From Euglena gracilis (taxonomy: Eukaryota): a stretch of DNA of 64,000 nt. The notes below the pieces were generated by a model that saw only the letters and a program-made list of their open reading frames with translations, made no database searches and was not told where the DNA came from. Where the stretch lies: the NCBI GenBank assembly GCA_039621445.1, contig CP154954.1, positions 23,014,954 through 23,078,953 of the forward strand. Reading direction: 5' to 3'. Below, piece by piece: positions 35,142 to 48,920 of this stretch. The translations under genes and the position numbers were made by a program. Every line of letters starts with the position of its first letter. Position 1 is the stretch's first letter.

Positions 35142-38100
35142 TGTGGGCTTGCAAGCGGCGGCACCCGGCTTTGCTTTTGCCGGGGCCTTCGGACTTCCGG
35201 TTTCTGTAGTGTCCAATGGCCGCCGTTCGGCGTCGCGCTTGCTCGCCCAGGTTCGTGGTGACGCTTGGGACGGGGGTCTTCTCCCCGAAACCGAACGTCG
35301 TTGTCCTTCAGCAGGGGTTTCCCGAGCTGAGGGTCGACCTACACGCTCATTCGCGGTACCCGTGGGTTTCCCAGGGGCAGCCGTGGGGGATGCTGTTGGT
35401 TCAGGTGTGGCCGGCGCGCTTCGCGCTGGTTGAGCCTGCGGTGGAGGCATGTACGTCCACTCAGCCTGTTTTTCAGGTGCGGGTGTACGTGTGCCTTGAC
35501 GCTTCGGTGCAGTGATTGTGGCTGTGCCCTGAGGTGCCTGTTCAACCCGTGCCTCGGGTGGCGCTACCGGCGCTGATACAGGTTCATCCTGCACTGGCAC
35601 GGTTGGTGTTGTCTCCACTTCCAATGCTGTCTGTTCGCCTTCCGTCCGTGTCGCTTCCGACACCGGCGGTGGCGCTGCCGATGGGGGAGGTTCATCCTCC
35701 ACCATGGCTGCAGGATCAGGTGTTTCTTCCGCCGGCTGGGCAGTTTCCGCCGCAGCTGTGGAAGAACTGACCGCAGTGCCACGTGGAGTGACAACTGCGA
35801 TCAGTGACCGCAAAACACCGAATACGCGTCCGCCCAGCGAGGTGCGCCGCTCAGGTCCTTCACCTGAAGTGGGCTCCTCCCTGGAAACATGGAGCTTGAG
35901 GAGAAGTACCTCAGGCGTGTGGGGTACTGTCTCCCGCGGGTTTTCCCGCGGAGGGGTCGGTACGCTTGTCGCACTCAGTGAGGTTGGTGTCTGTGGTACA
36001 GGTGTCATTTCACCTGCCGGCGATCCTGGGCGCTGGGCACGTTCTGCCACAGTGTCCAGCATCACGACAGATGGGCTACGGGTTTCCCGTGCCGGAGGTT
36101 TCGCTGACTGAGGTTAATCATCGGCCGTTGGGGCCGCTTCCTCTTCCTCCTCGGCTTCTGGAGGGGATTTCTCTCTGTGCAGATGTGCTGCAGAACGCGT
36201 GTCATTTCCGCTCCTGTAGCACCCTCGTGCATATGACAGGCGATAAAAGGTTATACTTTCACTCCTGTCAGAGTTGGGGTATGGGGGCGGCCATGACGCT
36301 CTTACCCAGCTTCCGGGTTGATGTTCTGGCTCGTCCTCGCTGATCATGCAGAGGTCTTCCCACTGTATTCGACGGTTGCAGCTCATGCAGTATTCTCCGG
36401 TGTCTTCCTGGAACGCGGGCAGCGGCAAAACATAGCGTGGTTGTTTTTCTACGTTTGCCTTATAAAAGGCTTCGAAGTCTTCCCAGACCAGGATATTCCC
36501 GAACTTGGTGTCCATGTGCCTCTGGAGACCAATTTCGGCCTCCTGCTAGTCCGGCCGCAGGTGCATCCTGCGTCGGTCTGGATCATTGTGTCTGCCGTCC
36601 ACCTCGGTGTATCCCCGGGGTAGACACTTCCTATTGATATCCATATCAGTGTTCATGAATTCCAGGAAAAAAATGTAAACCTCCAGGACGTAGGTAATCA
36701 ACGCCCTGTGCCAGTAGCGTTGCAGCGAAAATGTTTTCTGCCGGTGCTGTTTCAGCACCTTTCGGTCTTGCGCTCCGATCTGAGGATTCCGGCACTGTTG
36801 CAGGAGAAACCTCCTGGTCGGCTGGCTGCCGGCATTCTTCGGCAGTCTGAGGCGGTTATCCGCGTTCTCCGAAACCCCAGAAGTCAACGATGTGTACTTC
36901 TTTGCAAAACTGGCATTCCAGTTTGTACCGTTGGAGGTACGCGAGCAGTGTTCCGACGGAATACATGTGGTTGAAGATTTCGGTCAACTGTGCTACGAAC
37001 GTTTCGTCGTCCGGACATATTCCCAAACAGTCAATATACGTCTGACCGTTTCGGTCGTTAAAGATGCCGAAGTTCTGGCAGGGGTATCCCAACCAGAACC
37101 ACAGCTCCCAGAAACCCGACATCCGGTCCAGGAGTATTCATCCGAATGAGGGTATCCCTCAAACGCATTAAGTTCGGAACTGTAGAAGGATCCTTTTCAG
37201 TGATCGTACGTACGATTCTGCACCACTTCGACCACCGCATCCAGTGGTCGGTGGATCACTTCCTTGCGCGTGTGTACTTCTGGAGATCCTCGTCGATTTT
37301 AGACAAGATCTCCTGAAGGTAGATGAACACCAGGGAAACGTCGTAATCCTTCGTTTTCGAAGTTTCGGCGGCTTTCCCGCCTTTTCCTGCTGGAGGTCCG
37401 GCAGATTTTCCGCCTTTGCCTGGAGCTGGCCAAGCGGCCTTTCCGCCTTTGCCAGGTGGGGCTTTCCCACCTTTCTCTGGCCTTTTCCTTTTCCCTTACC
37501 CTTGCCCTTTCATTTGAGCGCTGTGGGTACTGTCAGACGTGGCGGAAGGGTTTCCTTCCGCGTGGCGTCTTGGCATATGGTCAGGTATGGCAGGGTGGGG
37601 TTGAGGTGGATACACGTACTGATCTCGTGGCACTGGTGCCTCCTGGGGATAATCCCCAGAGACGGTGTACTGAGCCACATGCTCCTGCGCGGGATAATCC
37701 CGCCGGGGCATGCGCTCAGGGGATCGAAAAACACTTTCTTTCACGCGTGGTCCGGTCACTCGGACAGGTGCTTCCCCTGTCTCTTCCTCGGGTATTCTGG
37801 GGAGTGAGCACGGAAATGCACGGTGTAAGTGCCAACTGACGGTACCTGCGGTGCTACCTGTGGCGGGACTTCCGCGCCCTGGTCACGCATGGTAATGTCC
37901 GCCGCGACTCCCGATGTGTCCGAGTCGCTGTAATACGCCGAACCGGTCATCATCGCCTGGGCGCACATACACCACAAGGCTGGAGGGGTATTCGCGATTG
38001 TCAGTGTCTGACGGCAGTGGTCATCGCACAACACCTGGGTGAGGTGGTCTGGTGCCGGGTTTGCGCTCATACGCATAACCCGGTTCATCGTCTCCGCCGT

Positions 38101-38418
38101 GCAATGGAGCATCACACCCGCATACGGTGGGAGGCTATGAGGGCCTGATGGCTGAGATGACCACGCTTCCGCGGGCATCTGTGTCACCCTGGTACTGCTG
38201 CTGGCTTCAGGGTTTCCCTGAGCCGCAGTCCGTGCAGGTGGCTGCGTACCGTATTGGTCCGCATATTGGTCAGGTTGACGGTGAGTGGTGGGGTGGTAAG
38301 GCGGCCCTCCGCCTGGATTCCTTACATCGGGCAGCATGATACCGCCCGGGGGCGGTACGGTGGGATGGTTGGGTTGTTGGTTGTCAGTTGGTAAGGGTAA
38401 CCGCTTGAGTATTGTCTG

Positions 38419-39722
38419 CCGCAGGTACTGCACAACCTTGAGCAGAAAAAGAGCTGTACTCACGCTGTTTGTGGATAGCGCATAGGTGTCAAATTTGTCA
38501 AGCGGTAAAACCACGCAGAGGTACCCCCCCATGGTACGATGGACTTTTTCCCCGTACCCCCTGACATTTTTACATCCCTCTGCATGGATTTCCTGGAATT
38601 AGAACCGTTCAAAGGAACGGACGACAAAATTAACGATTACTTTTTTGTTGTTAAATGCACGATGAGTGGGTACATTGTAGCCACTCCATGCCAGAAGTCA
38701 GGGTTGACTGCCCAAAGTTTGGCAGTTATATTTTTAGAAAAGCGTCAGCTTATTGGGTCTACCAAATGAAATTGTGAGTGATCAAGGCCATTTGATTTCC
38801 TGAAGGGTTTTCCAAACTTTGTGCGGTTTCTTCGGAATTGAGCAACATTTTTCCATTATATACCGGCCCAAAGGCAATGGTAGAGCAGAGGCAGCCGTGA
38901 AATCCGTCGTGAATATGCTTCCCCTTTCACTGGCTGACTCGCGCAGCAACTGGATATCAGTTCCAGCATGGTCTCTGTTTTTTATCAATACCCTACCAGG
39001 GTTGGTTTTGCTTCACTCGCCCTATAAATTAGTTTTCGGACGGGACCCTCCGGCCATAGGGGATGTCCCTTCGGAGAGACCCGCCCGAACGAGTGTCAGT
39101 TGCGAGACGTGGTTTGCGGAAGTAGAAAATCTACGTTCTGCAGTCCAGAAGCGAGTCACTGATGTTCATTCAACTAAAAGGAAATCGTTTTTGCAGAACT
39201 TCAAAGTCATCTATGTATAGTCCCGTTGACCGCGTGTGGGTTCGGAATAGCCGTACTCGCATGCAATCTTCCAAGCTGGACCCCCGCTCTGCCCCTGTGA
39301 AATCATAGAAAGACTAGGTACCAGCAGGCGATACAAGGTTGCATTACCGAATGGTGTTGAGGACGTTCATATGGACGTCATCAAGCCACACCTGTCACCG
39401 CCGGATGGGAAACCTATCCCGTGCCTACACCTCAAGCCCCGTTCCAGATTACCTGAGACGGACGACTTTGTAGTCGATAAAATTATCGATCACAAAATCG
39501 ACAAAGGTATGCACCTTTGGAAGGTCCATGTATCCGAGGAGGACACTTGGGAGCCAGCAACCGGTTTTGTTGGGTATGTCCAGCAAGATTGGAAGCTGTG
39601 GAACAAGAAGCATAACATTGATGCTACCATGACAAGTTTTTGAGAACGCATGGGAAACCCATGTTGTTTTCTTTTCTTTTTTGCATTGATTCTTATCATT
39701 CTTTCTTTCCGCAGAAGTTTTT
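38419..39722 (+). pseudogene. pol: D2 integrase and chromodomain, internally inverted
   Basis: RRYCTTL..RCQICQAVKP, SLCMDFLEL, IVSDQG, NGRAE, DDFVVDKIIDH..EEDTWEPA. Confidence 0.9.
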
Positions 39723-39724
39723 TT

Positions 39725-40920
39725 ACCACACCAACGAAAGTAGTTTGGGGGCCCCAGGGTGCCGTGGTTGTGATAGCACAAAATTACATCATCAAACAGG
39801 TCCTGGGGGATACAATATTTGTAACCCCATTCATTTCGAAAACCATCCGTACAGGTGAAAGTGCGTAATTGTCCAGCACTTCGCCATTACGAAGTCTTCT
39901 GACAATGGTGTCATACACCGGATCACGACTATAATCCCATTCGCGAAAGAACAGTGGGGAGGGGGACTTCGTGCGGGTAATACGCCGGGGTCCGGACGTG
40001 CTTCCACGTCGGCGCCTTCCACGCACTGGTGCGCCAAGGAATAGTTGTGAAAAGGGGGGAAAAAATCCAAAAGATTGTCCGCAGTGTCGTTTCGACGTGC
40101 GTACTCGTCGGCTTCCTGACTTCCATGAAAAGACGCGTCCCCTTATCCGGGTTCCCAGGGTAATACCAATTGTCCCGGCTGAGCGGATCCGCTACTTTCT
40201 GTGTGTGACCAGGGGTATAATTTACCACAAGGTTGAATTGACCCAAGGACTCATGCCACCTGCATCGCCTTCCGACCGATGACATGGCATTGTTCAAATC
40301 CTCGGTGTACCAGTAATGGAGACTCTCATGACGGGCCTTGAGGAGGATCTGGACGAGGCTGCTGGCGACCCAGATTTGAAATTTCTGGAGTATAATTAGG
40401 ATTGCGTAGGTTTCCTTCGCGCGCATACTCCACTTGACCTGACCTTTACTGTCGACGCCCGGTAACTTTCTTCTGAAGAAAGCCACAGGTCGGAGTTCAT
40501 TCGCCGCGTTTTGCTGGCTAAGAACTCCGCCAACAGCGTGATCGCTGCTGTCGACTTCCAGTACGTATGGTTTGTAAGGGTCCGCGATTTCGAGGACAAC
40601 ATTCTCCAAAAGCAAAACCTTGATTTCTTCAAGGGCCTCGCGCACTTGGTCATTCCAAATGGTGTTGTCAACAGCCCGGTTTTTGAGCTGTTTGGTGAGG
40701 GGCACCGCACTTTTCGCGAAGTCCCTTATGTATCGCGTAATATTCGTATAAAAACAAAAATCCTTTAAGGCGAGTAATCGTTTTGATTACCTCTGGGGTC
40801 CATTTCTTAATGGCTTCGAGCTTGCTCCGAGCGGCTTTCCGCTGTCCTATGCTGAGGATGTTACCGCCAAATTTTATAAGTTCGCGAACCAAATGCATTT
40901 TCGCACCTTTCGCGAAAGGA
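39725..40920 (-). pseudogene. pol: D2 RT C-terminus, RNase H and start of integrase Zn domain
   Basis: LEVDSSDHAVGGVL, PVAFF, ADPLSR, CYHNHG. Confidence 0.88.
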
Positions 40921-40929
40921 CATGTTTTT

Positions 40930-41270
40930 GGAAAGCAAATGTAAACACATACACGAAAGTTGGGTGAACCACTCCGGTTCCGGAATGATTGGTATGAGAA
41001 TAAGTCCACGGGCTTCATCCCGGAGTATTTTCTCAACCACACATTCAATAAGTTTTGAGGGGGTGCATCCATAACACCGTATCACCCCAAAACTTATCAA
41101 ATTTATTGGGGTGTTGTGACCAATGACGTGGCAAAAGGGCATGCACATTGGATTAGAAGGCATCAATTTCCAATGCCAAATCAAAGGTAACAGCCAATGT
41201 CGCGATTTCGGAAAACCATCGTTATAAGATGCGATATTGACCAAATTGAAAGCACTCCATACGCGTTCGG
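40930..41270 (-). pseudogene. D2 N6-MTase-like domain between PR and RT (frameshifted)
   Basis: FDKFWGDTVLWMHP(P)..KLIECVVEKILRDEARGLILIPIIPEPEWF. Confidence 0.72.
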
Positions 41271-42429
41271 CGTATTCATGTTTGAATATTCACCCGTTTT
41301 CCGGGTGGAAAAGAAGGAACACAATGAATGGATCCGCATACGGGCTGACTTCCACTACCTCCAGGGTTAATCCCAAGGGAGTTTGGACAGGTTGGGGTAT
41401 TCCCCGTTTCGCATCAAATTCATACCCAGTGTGATCGGGCGGAATGACGCTTTTCGCGTTTCCAAACAACGAGGATAATACGCGTCGTTGGAGTACTTGG
41501 TGTATCTCCGCGCATTGCGGGCTACAACCAAGTGTATCATGAGGTGTGGATTCCGTTTTCGGAGTTGCGATTAGCGTTGGATTTTGAACTAAGCATCCAC
41601 AATTGCAATCCGATTGGGTGGAAATTCTCCTGCAGTGCACACATTGGAAGGAAGTGTGATGTTGTGACGGGTGTGTGTGTAAGTGGGTGTCGTTGGCATT
41701 AGTCGGTGAGTCTTGTACTGGTTTTTGGCTTTCGTCTTGTAACCCAGTGAAACGGCGGGGGTACCGCTACTCGCTTTGCCTTCCTCATGTGGAACGATTG
41801 GGTAGGGGGGAGGCTTTCTCCGTACCCCGAGTGTGGAAAACGGTTGTTGGTGTGGTGGATAACGGTGTTGCAATTGTGGGTAACAGTGTTGGAAGAGTGG
41901 TGGTCATCATAGTGGATGCCAACGGGGATGTGGTTTGGGTGACACTGAAGGGTTGGGTGCTGTCCGCAAACCGTGGGAGTGGCAATCCACAACCAATCGG
42001 TCGGCGTAAAAATGGGTATCCCAAAAATACGTCAGACCCGTCAATTCGAGCACACATCACAAATGACCACCGCACATGGGGGTGTTGTCCGCGGTTCTGA
42101 TTTTGATCGGTTTCTTGGCGCTTACCAAGAGAGGGGTCGGTATCAACCCCAACCGAAAGAGCAGTGCAATGCGACAACCACTGGCAATTAAAATTTAAAC
42201 TTTGGTGGAAAAATTTTGAATGCGGATTTCTGCTTGGACGAGTAATTCCATTGGTGGTACGCAAAGTGAAGGGTATGGCGGAAATACATTTTCATGCCAA
42301 CATTTACATGAACCCTTTCCTGCTTTGCTCAGCATTCCGAGCAGAAATGTGGAGTGGGCGGTAGGGGACCCGAAATAATTCCGGGTACCGTCCGTGAAGG
42401 CGGATGGGTAGGGGGGGCAAGGTTTAAAC

Positions 42430-45400
42430 AGGTCTTACTTCATCTGTTCATCAGCCCAGAGGTCCGTGATCTCGGACCTCGGGCTCCCCTACTCCAAGTC
42501 CGAACCGGCCGCATAGCCGGCAACGGCCTTTTTGTTCGAATAGACGGAACTCAATGAGCGCACCGCCATTCGGGCCCCATTCAATTACCCATCCGAGGGC
42601 TCATCCCCCTCCCTGCCCGAAGCCGTGGTGTCCTTCTCCAAACAAGAAACCCTGAAACCGACTTTTTGCCAGTTGGAGGAGTTACCACGGTCCCCGCGGC
42701 ACTTACCGCGGTTTCCGTAGCCGGGCCGTGGTTCAACAACATCTGGGACATTTGGATGAGTGGTGGTCTTTGGAACCGCAAAGTGAACAACGTGATTTGT
42801 GGCGGGATTCCGCACAAGGAGGGGGACGGTATTCCGTTCTACCGTCAAACCGTCGTGGCGAACCGGTTTCCCGTCGATCATGACCGGTGTACTGGGGTTT
42901 CCCCGGTGAATCGCGCGAAAGGGATGATCCACTTCGCGAACCAGATCTTGAAGAATCGCGATTGAAATCCCGTTTTCGGGCAGGGGGGCCAGGTGACCGA
43001 CCGCGAGAAGGACGGGTTTCCCGACCATCACGCGATGGTGATTTGGGCCTACTACCGCTAAAGCGGTGCTCCGAACCCCGTGAGACTCCCGATTACAGTG
43101 TGGGCAAAAATTATGGAAGACAAAAATTACGGCAAAAAAAAGTACGAGAAAAAATTTTTGGCAAATTTTTTTGGGAAAAATTAATTTTGGCAAAATCTGG
43201 TCCCCATGAAGGATTGACCTCTGGCACAGGTGAGCGACATTTTTGTCCTAATTGTGTGCTCAACGTATTTTTCTGTCCCCCAGTGGCCACAATCACTCAA
43301 TGTATTGTGGCACGTGCCCGTCCAGCAACGCTTGCAAAAAAATGTGGGAACGTTCAAGATCGGTCAGGCATGGGCAAAATATTCGCTGGCAAAAACAGAA
43401 TGGAGGCCGTTCGCTGCAACGTCTGATAGAATTGTGCCACTGATCAGGTGTCAGTAATTTCAAATGCAGAGCGATTTTTGCTGTGATTTTCCCCAGGTGC
43501 TTGATGCCGATCGCCCGGTTTTCAAGGAGCTGGCTGAGCATATACCATTGAAGGAACTGACATTCAATTGGGATGAGTATTGTGTTCTTTTGGGCACAAA
43601 CCGGAAGTGGGCTGGAAGAGGGCGTCGGAAACCGACGGAGTGACAAAATTACGAGAAAAAAAATTATGGCAAAATTTGGGTATTTTGCCAAAATTTCTGT
43701 CTTCCGTAATTTTTAGCCGCACTGTAACGTGAAAACGCCAACGAACCTGATCCCCGGGAGGAGGTGGAGCCCCTTGGGCTTCCAATACGCTTTCGCGCAT
43801 CGGGATTCGGGCATTCCCGAGACATGTGACCAGATTTGTTGCTCAAAAAGCACAGTTTGTCCGTGCCTTGGTCCGAAGAACGCTGATTCCGCGTTTTCGG
43901 TCCCGTGGTAGGTGATCTTGGTGACATGGGTGATTTTTGCAACGCATTGACCGCACCCGCATGGATTCCCGCGGTGGGATGATTTTTGGAAAGCGGACTG
44001 TATTTGTCCCAAAACTTGTGTGAGCTTGAGTTGCTTTGACACATACTTCCAACGTTGGGAAAGAGTCATCTCATGCCTCGCCAACTCCTCGCGGTGGATA
44101 TCCTTCACGAGGGATGGTGTGAAATGCAACAAAACCGCTTCGAATTCTTCACGCATTTGCTTCTCGCTAAGTTTATCAACTTCGGAAACATGTACTAACA
44201 ATTTGGCATACCAAAGGTCAATGGATTTCCATTTGCGATCTGATGGCGCGCATTGTCACCATTTCTTCTCCAGGGTAATCCTGGTGACCAGACTAGAGTT
44301 GGTTGAAGCGTATCGCTCAACCAGGACATCAAATGATACGCCATTACGTATGACCAAATTGCGTGCACGTTCTCGCTCCTCTCTTGGTAGGTAATCGATT
44401 AATTCCATCTTGACTACCTCGGGATTCGGGTCTTGTGTGGGTCCCTTTAGTGCCCAGTAGTACTCCCAGTCCCAAAAAAATATCCCCATGTGGTTGGATC
44501 CCTGACCCGTTGGGGTTTCACCTTGTTCGCGATTGCGATGGAGCCCTTGAAGTCTATCTGAGTAACCCGATGACCCTTGGTGGTATTCCAGGGGTTTGGG
44601 TCCGGGTATTTCTGAACACCAAACGTGTTTTGCGAATTTTCCGCTCCAAGTGTACCCCGTGCAGGATTTCCCGCACCAGGTGTAGGGGTGGCGGGATTTT
44701 CCTGCGGGAATTGCGAAAAATGTGGTGAACTTCCCCCGGTGGGGCAGGTTTCCCGCCGAAAACCCACTGGGTGATCTGTTAATTCAGAACCCGTTGGTGG
44801 TTGGTAGGATCGCAAATGCAAAACATCACCAATAGCAGGTGTGGTGTGTTGGCTCATTCCTCGAACAAGGCTGGAACGTTGAATTTCTTGGTGGAGCTTC
44901 GAATTTTCGAGCGGTGGATCAATTTCCTCATCGGAAATGTTCTGCGAAAAGTGGGTTTGTGCTGTGGGCAAAAGCAAAGGTGGTACAATTCGCGTTTTCG
45001 CTGGAGGTTGTACCACATTCGCGGTGGATATAGGAATTCCCACTCCAGAAACGGTAATTTGGGAACGCGATTCCGGGACATTTGGAATACCAACCACAGC
45101 GCGGTGGTGGCACAACCGGTACCGGAGTGGACTTTTTAGCAAAACTCGCGGACAAGTCACGCACCGTTTCTTCCAAATGTTCCACCAACTGGAGTTGGCC
45201 GCAAATACGGTCAACCTCAGTGTCCAAATGCCTAATGAGTTGGCGGTAACGGGAAAAGTCTTCCAAGTGTAGCAACTTTTCAGAATCCAAGTGTAAATCC
45301 TGGATAAGCTCTTCTTGGTACTCCTCCACATTCCGGAGTTGACCCGCAAGCGCTTTTACTGCGTTTGAGACAGTTTGCAATTGGTGCGGTGGCTTGGTGG

Positions 45401-46480
45401 GGGTGTCTGCGGTGGTGCGCAAATTTTCCGTGGTTGACTTTTCCAACAACGGAGAAATTCGTCCATCCAACCGTGAGACGCCATCTTGCATGGACCTGGG
45501 ATTTTCGCCTCAACTTGGAGCAAACTTGTGCAAAATGCTTGCAAGGTTTCGTTGTGGTCACCAAGCGTTTTGTCAAAAATGAGCGAAATTCCGGTGACTC
45601 GGATATCCGAGCGCGCGAAACATTGGGAAGTGAGCAAATTTCCGCTACTGTGGTGGACAAAAAGGTACAACGGGTTTGCAAATCCCCAAAAGCGGTTCGA
45701 ATACCACTAATGTCAGGAATTTGCTTGGAAAGTGCGGAAACATGCTCCAGCAACCCGCAACTGTGGCAGTAATATCGTCAATGTCCGTTTGCATTTGTTG
45801 TTGCGCGAAATCCAACCGTTGTGCGCAATCCGCGATTTTCGCGTTCAAGGACGTTAATACATCCTGATTTGCGGCACAATGGCAGGATTTCTGCTCTAAC
45901 TGTAAGATTCGTTCCTCCAAAAGCCGCATTTGCGTGCAGGGAAAAAATTTTCTTCAACTTTCGCCTGAAATTGCCTCAAATGCTCGATTTCCGAGCAAAG
46001 ACACAAAATCCGTTGTTGGGCTTCTTGGAAAGAAGTGGCAAGTGCGGCAAAATGCTCAACCGCGACAAAGTTACCGATTTCTGACATTTTGGGGTGGCAT
46101 ATTGCGCGTGTAACTGTTGCGGCAATTGCAGTACCATTGTTGAACAAGATTCCACTTTGGCAAAAAGACGGCTCATACCATCTTGCACACGCAAAAACTT
46201 GGAATCATTCCGTGTTTCTGCTTCACGCAGTGTTTCACTGATTTGTTTGAAATTTTGTGTCAGTTGGATGCGCAAAATACTGTCAACACTTTCTCGAAAA
46301 TGCTGAAGGTAATTCCCCGCATTTTCAACGTTGTGTCGGCAATATGTGCCGATTTCCGGCAAATAATTCCAGCAATATTCCAGTTTGGTGTTGGCAACCC
46401 TTTGGTTGTCCTCATCGAACTGCAAAACCTTGCTGCGCATGGTTGCGCATTCCGCAACGCATTGGTGGACATGCAAAATT
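42430..46480 (-). pseudogene. gag: D2 gag (fragmented, MITE-interrupted)
   Basis: FFWDWEYYWALKGP..MELIDYLP; CFLSNKSGHMSREC; homologous to E gag. Confidence 0.75.
43096..43724. mobile_element. 629-bp non-autonomous DNA transposon (MITE), Tc1/mariner-type
   Basis: ~33-bp imperfect TIRs (CAGTGTGGGCAAAAATTATGGAAGACAAAAATT / rc CAGTGCGGCTAAAAATTACGGAAGACAGAAATT) flanked by TA at 43094-95 and 43725-26. Confidence 0.88.
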
Positions 46481-46484
46481 TCTC

Positions 46485-46845
46485 AGGCGCCTTCCGCGCC
46501 CTTGGTCGTCTAGAGGGGGGAGGTGGGGCTGCCCCCCCCCCCCCCCGCACCGCTCCCCGCCTCCAATAACAATATCCCTTCTGGGGGATAACCGACCCAG
46601 GGCCACGCGTGCATGTAATGCCAAGCGCAGCGTAAACAAAACAGTGCTAAGGCGCCCTCGGCGCCCTTGGTCGTCCTGTGGGGGGGGGCTGCCCCCCGCA
46701 CCCCCCCCCCCGCCCTCCAATAATAAAATCCCCTCCGGGGGACAACTAACCCAGGGCCATGCGCGCATGTAATGCCACGCGCACCAACAAAACAGTCCTA
46801 AGGCGCATTCGGCGCCTTGGTCGTCTAGCGGGGGGGGGGGGGTGA
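46485..46845 (+). repeat. ~150-165-bp tandem repeat, ~2.3 copies, at the point where D2 gag is cut
   Basis: aggcgc..cttggtcgtc at ~46485, 46650, 46801. Confidence 0.8.
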
Positions 46846-48920
46846 AACCCCTTTCTTGGTCCAAGTTTTTTTGCGCATCCTTCGGCCTCGGCTGCTTTTT
46901 GAGGCGGCCGCCGGGCTTCGAAGCCGAAATATTGAATCTTTTTCTTTTTGTCCTTTTTCCATTGATTATTGAAATCCATTTTTTCTTCAAATTCTTGTTA
47001 TTTGCACGCACAATCAATTGATTTTTTTTGTAGTGTTGCACAAGTGCATTGGGTGGGATAAGAACCCTGTGTGTGAGATTTGGTTTGAAATTGCTGGGTT
47101 CGAGTGGGGACTTTCTTAGGTTAATTAGGGGAAAATGGCAAATCCCACTGTGGAAAATTGGTCGTCCGGTCTTGAGAAGTTCAAAAAATCGGCCCAGCAA
47201 GGTCGAAAATTGGGTTCAGGCTTTCAAGCCGAACCATAATCATTTTTTCCCTAGGTTAAATTCGACTGAAAACCAAAAAATGGAATTTCAGTGATTTTCG
47301 GCCCCACTTAGGCAAATTTTGCCAATTTTTGGGTTAGGACCCCTTTACACTCCCCCGCTTGGAAAAATAGCGGGGAGACTTTAAAAAACGTAAGTAAAAA
47401 AGATGGGGTCCGCAGAAAAAGAAGCAATTTGGTTTGCCAAAAAAGTCGTATGTGTGCGGTTGGTAATAGCAACGAGAGGAGGGGGGGCAGCCCAAAAGGC
47501 CACCCCGCGTAAGTGACGGGGGGGGGGGGCAGCCCGACGGGCCACACAGCACCCCGGGGGAAGATGGTGCAACGGTGCAACAGGTGGCGCCGAAAGTCAG
47601 TTTGGGGCAAACTGCGTGGGCAACGGTGCGGCGCAACTCAGCTGCGTACGCCGTCGCCGCAACCGCCGCCTCCCACTCCAGGTGGTTGCCACGGTACCGC
47701 GTATGTGTGAGTCGTGTGTTCACAATCACAATATGTGCGCTATTTTTTTTGTCCCACGCACCACACGACACTCATGCTTAGAACGAAACTTTGCGGGCAC
47801 CCAAGGCGGGTCCGGTTGCAACTTCGAAAGTTGCACGCCGAGCCACAATGGTGCCTGGGCATGGTTTCGCGTTTCCAACCCTTGCGAACCATTTTGTGAC
47901 CAACCGCAATTCAAGAAATCTGGTTGTTAGGCTTCAGGGTTGTTTTGATGGTTAGCCTAGCCTTCCGTTAGGGATTCTTTCTCTTAAGGAGCAAACTCCT
48001 TTTTTTTTGGTTGGCTCCTTTTTTGTTGTTGGGGTTCTGCCTATTTCCCACAAACGTAACTTGATTGTGACTTACGGCCGTTTTTTTGGGGGGGGTCCCA
48101 TCAACCCGTGCCCTCCCGGGCCGTCTCACAAATCTTGGCCCAAAATTTCCACCCCTTAGAGAAAAACTGTGCTTGGAAAATCTGTCCACCTTTTGCTTTT
48201 CAAAAAGCAACTCCAAATCTGTGAAATTCTCATCTCCTTGCGTACCAAAAATTGCTCCTCCGAACCCAAAATTCCTTTGGGGTACCTACGGGTGCCTCAC
48301 CGACAAAATCGTCGGCCATGTCCCATGCCTGGGCAAATTTCCTTCCCAGAATTCTCTGAAAATTCTGCACACCGTCCTTTACGGGGGTGGTTGAGTTTCA
48401 CCTCCTCTCCGTAAATAACACCTTTAATTCCCTGCAATTATGTCGGTAAAACACATCGACTTTTCGTTGGAGCGCCCCACTCATTCTCCTCCAAATGAGT
48501 GGGGCTCATTCCCGTTTTGTTCATCCTAACGTTATTCTTTTCTTCTACACAACACAACCCGTGAAAATGAACAGATTCCACCTCCCACACTTGCCCAAAA
48601 AAACGTCAGATTTTTTGCCTTGGGTAAAATCGGCAGACTCAAAATTTTCATTGGTCCACCGTTCAACCCATTTTTTCTTCTCTTTCCACAAACGGGCGGA
48701 AGAAAATTGAAATAATCCACGTTTTTCCACTTAGGAAAAATGAGGGGGTGCAAAATGCGTTTCACCCTCCCCTCTTCCTTTTCCACCTGAAAATTGTACA
48801 CATCCACCACCGTTTCCCAAAATCTGGGGTTTATCCAAATCCTAAATTCGCTTTTGTCATCGGTCATTCGTGACGGGGTACCCTGGGGGACCAACACCAA
48901 ACCCTCCCCCTTTGGAGTAT

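Larger units (their letters stand above)
35142..46480 (-). mobile_element. Element D2 main body: gag, degenerate PR, N6-MTase-like, RT mostly deleted, RH, INT/CHD (inverted), 3' ORF region; 5' end lost
   Basis: Colinear homology to element E in gag/RH and to D1 in the 3' region. Confidence 0.85.
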
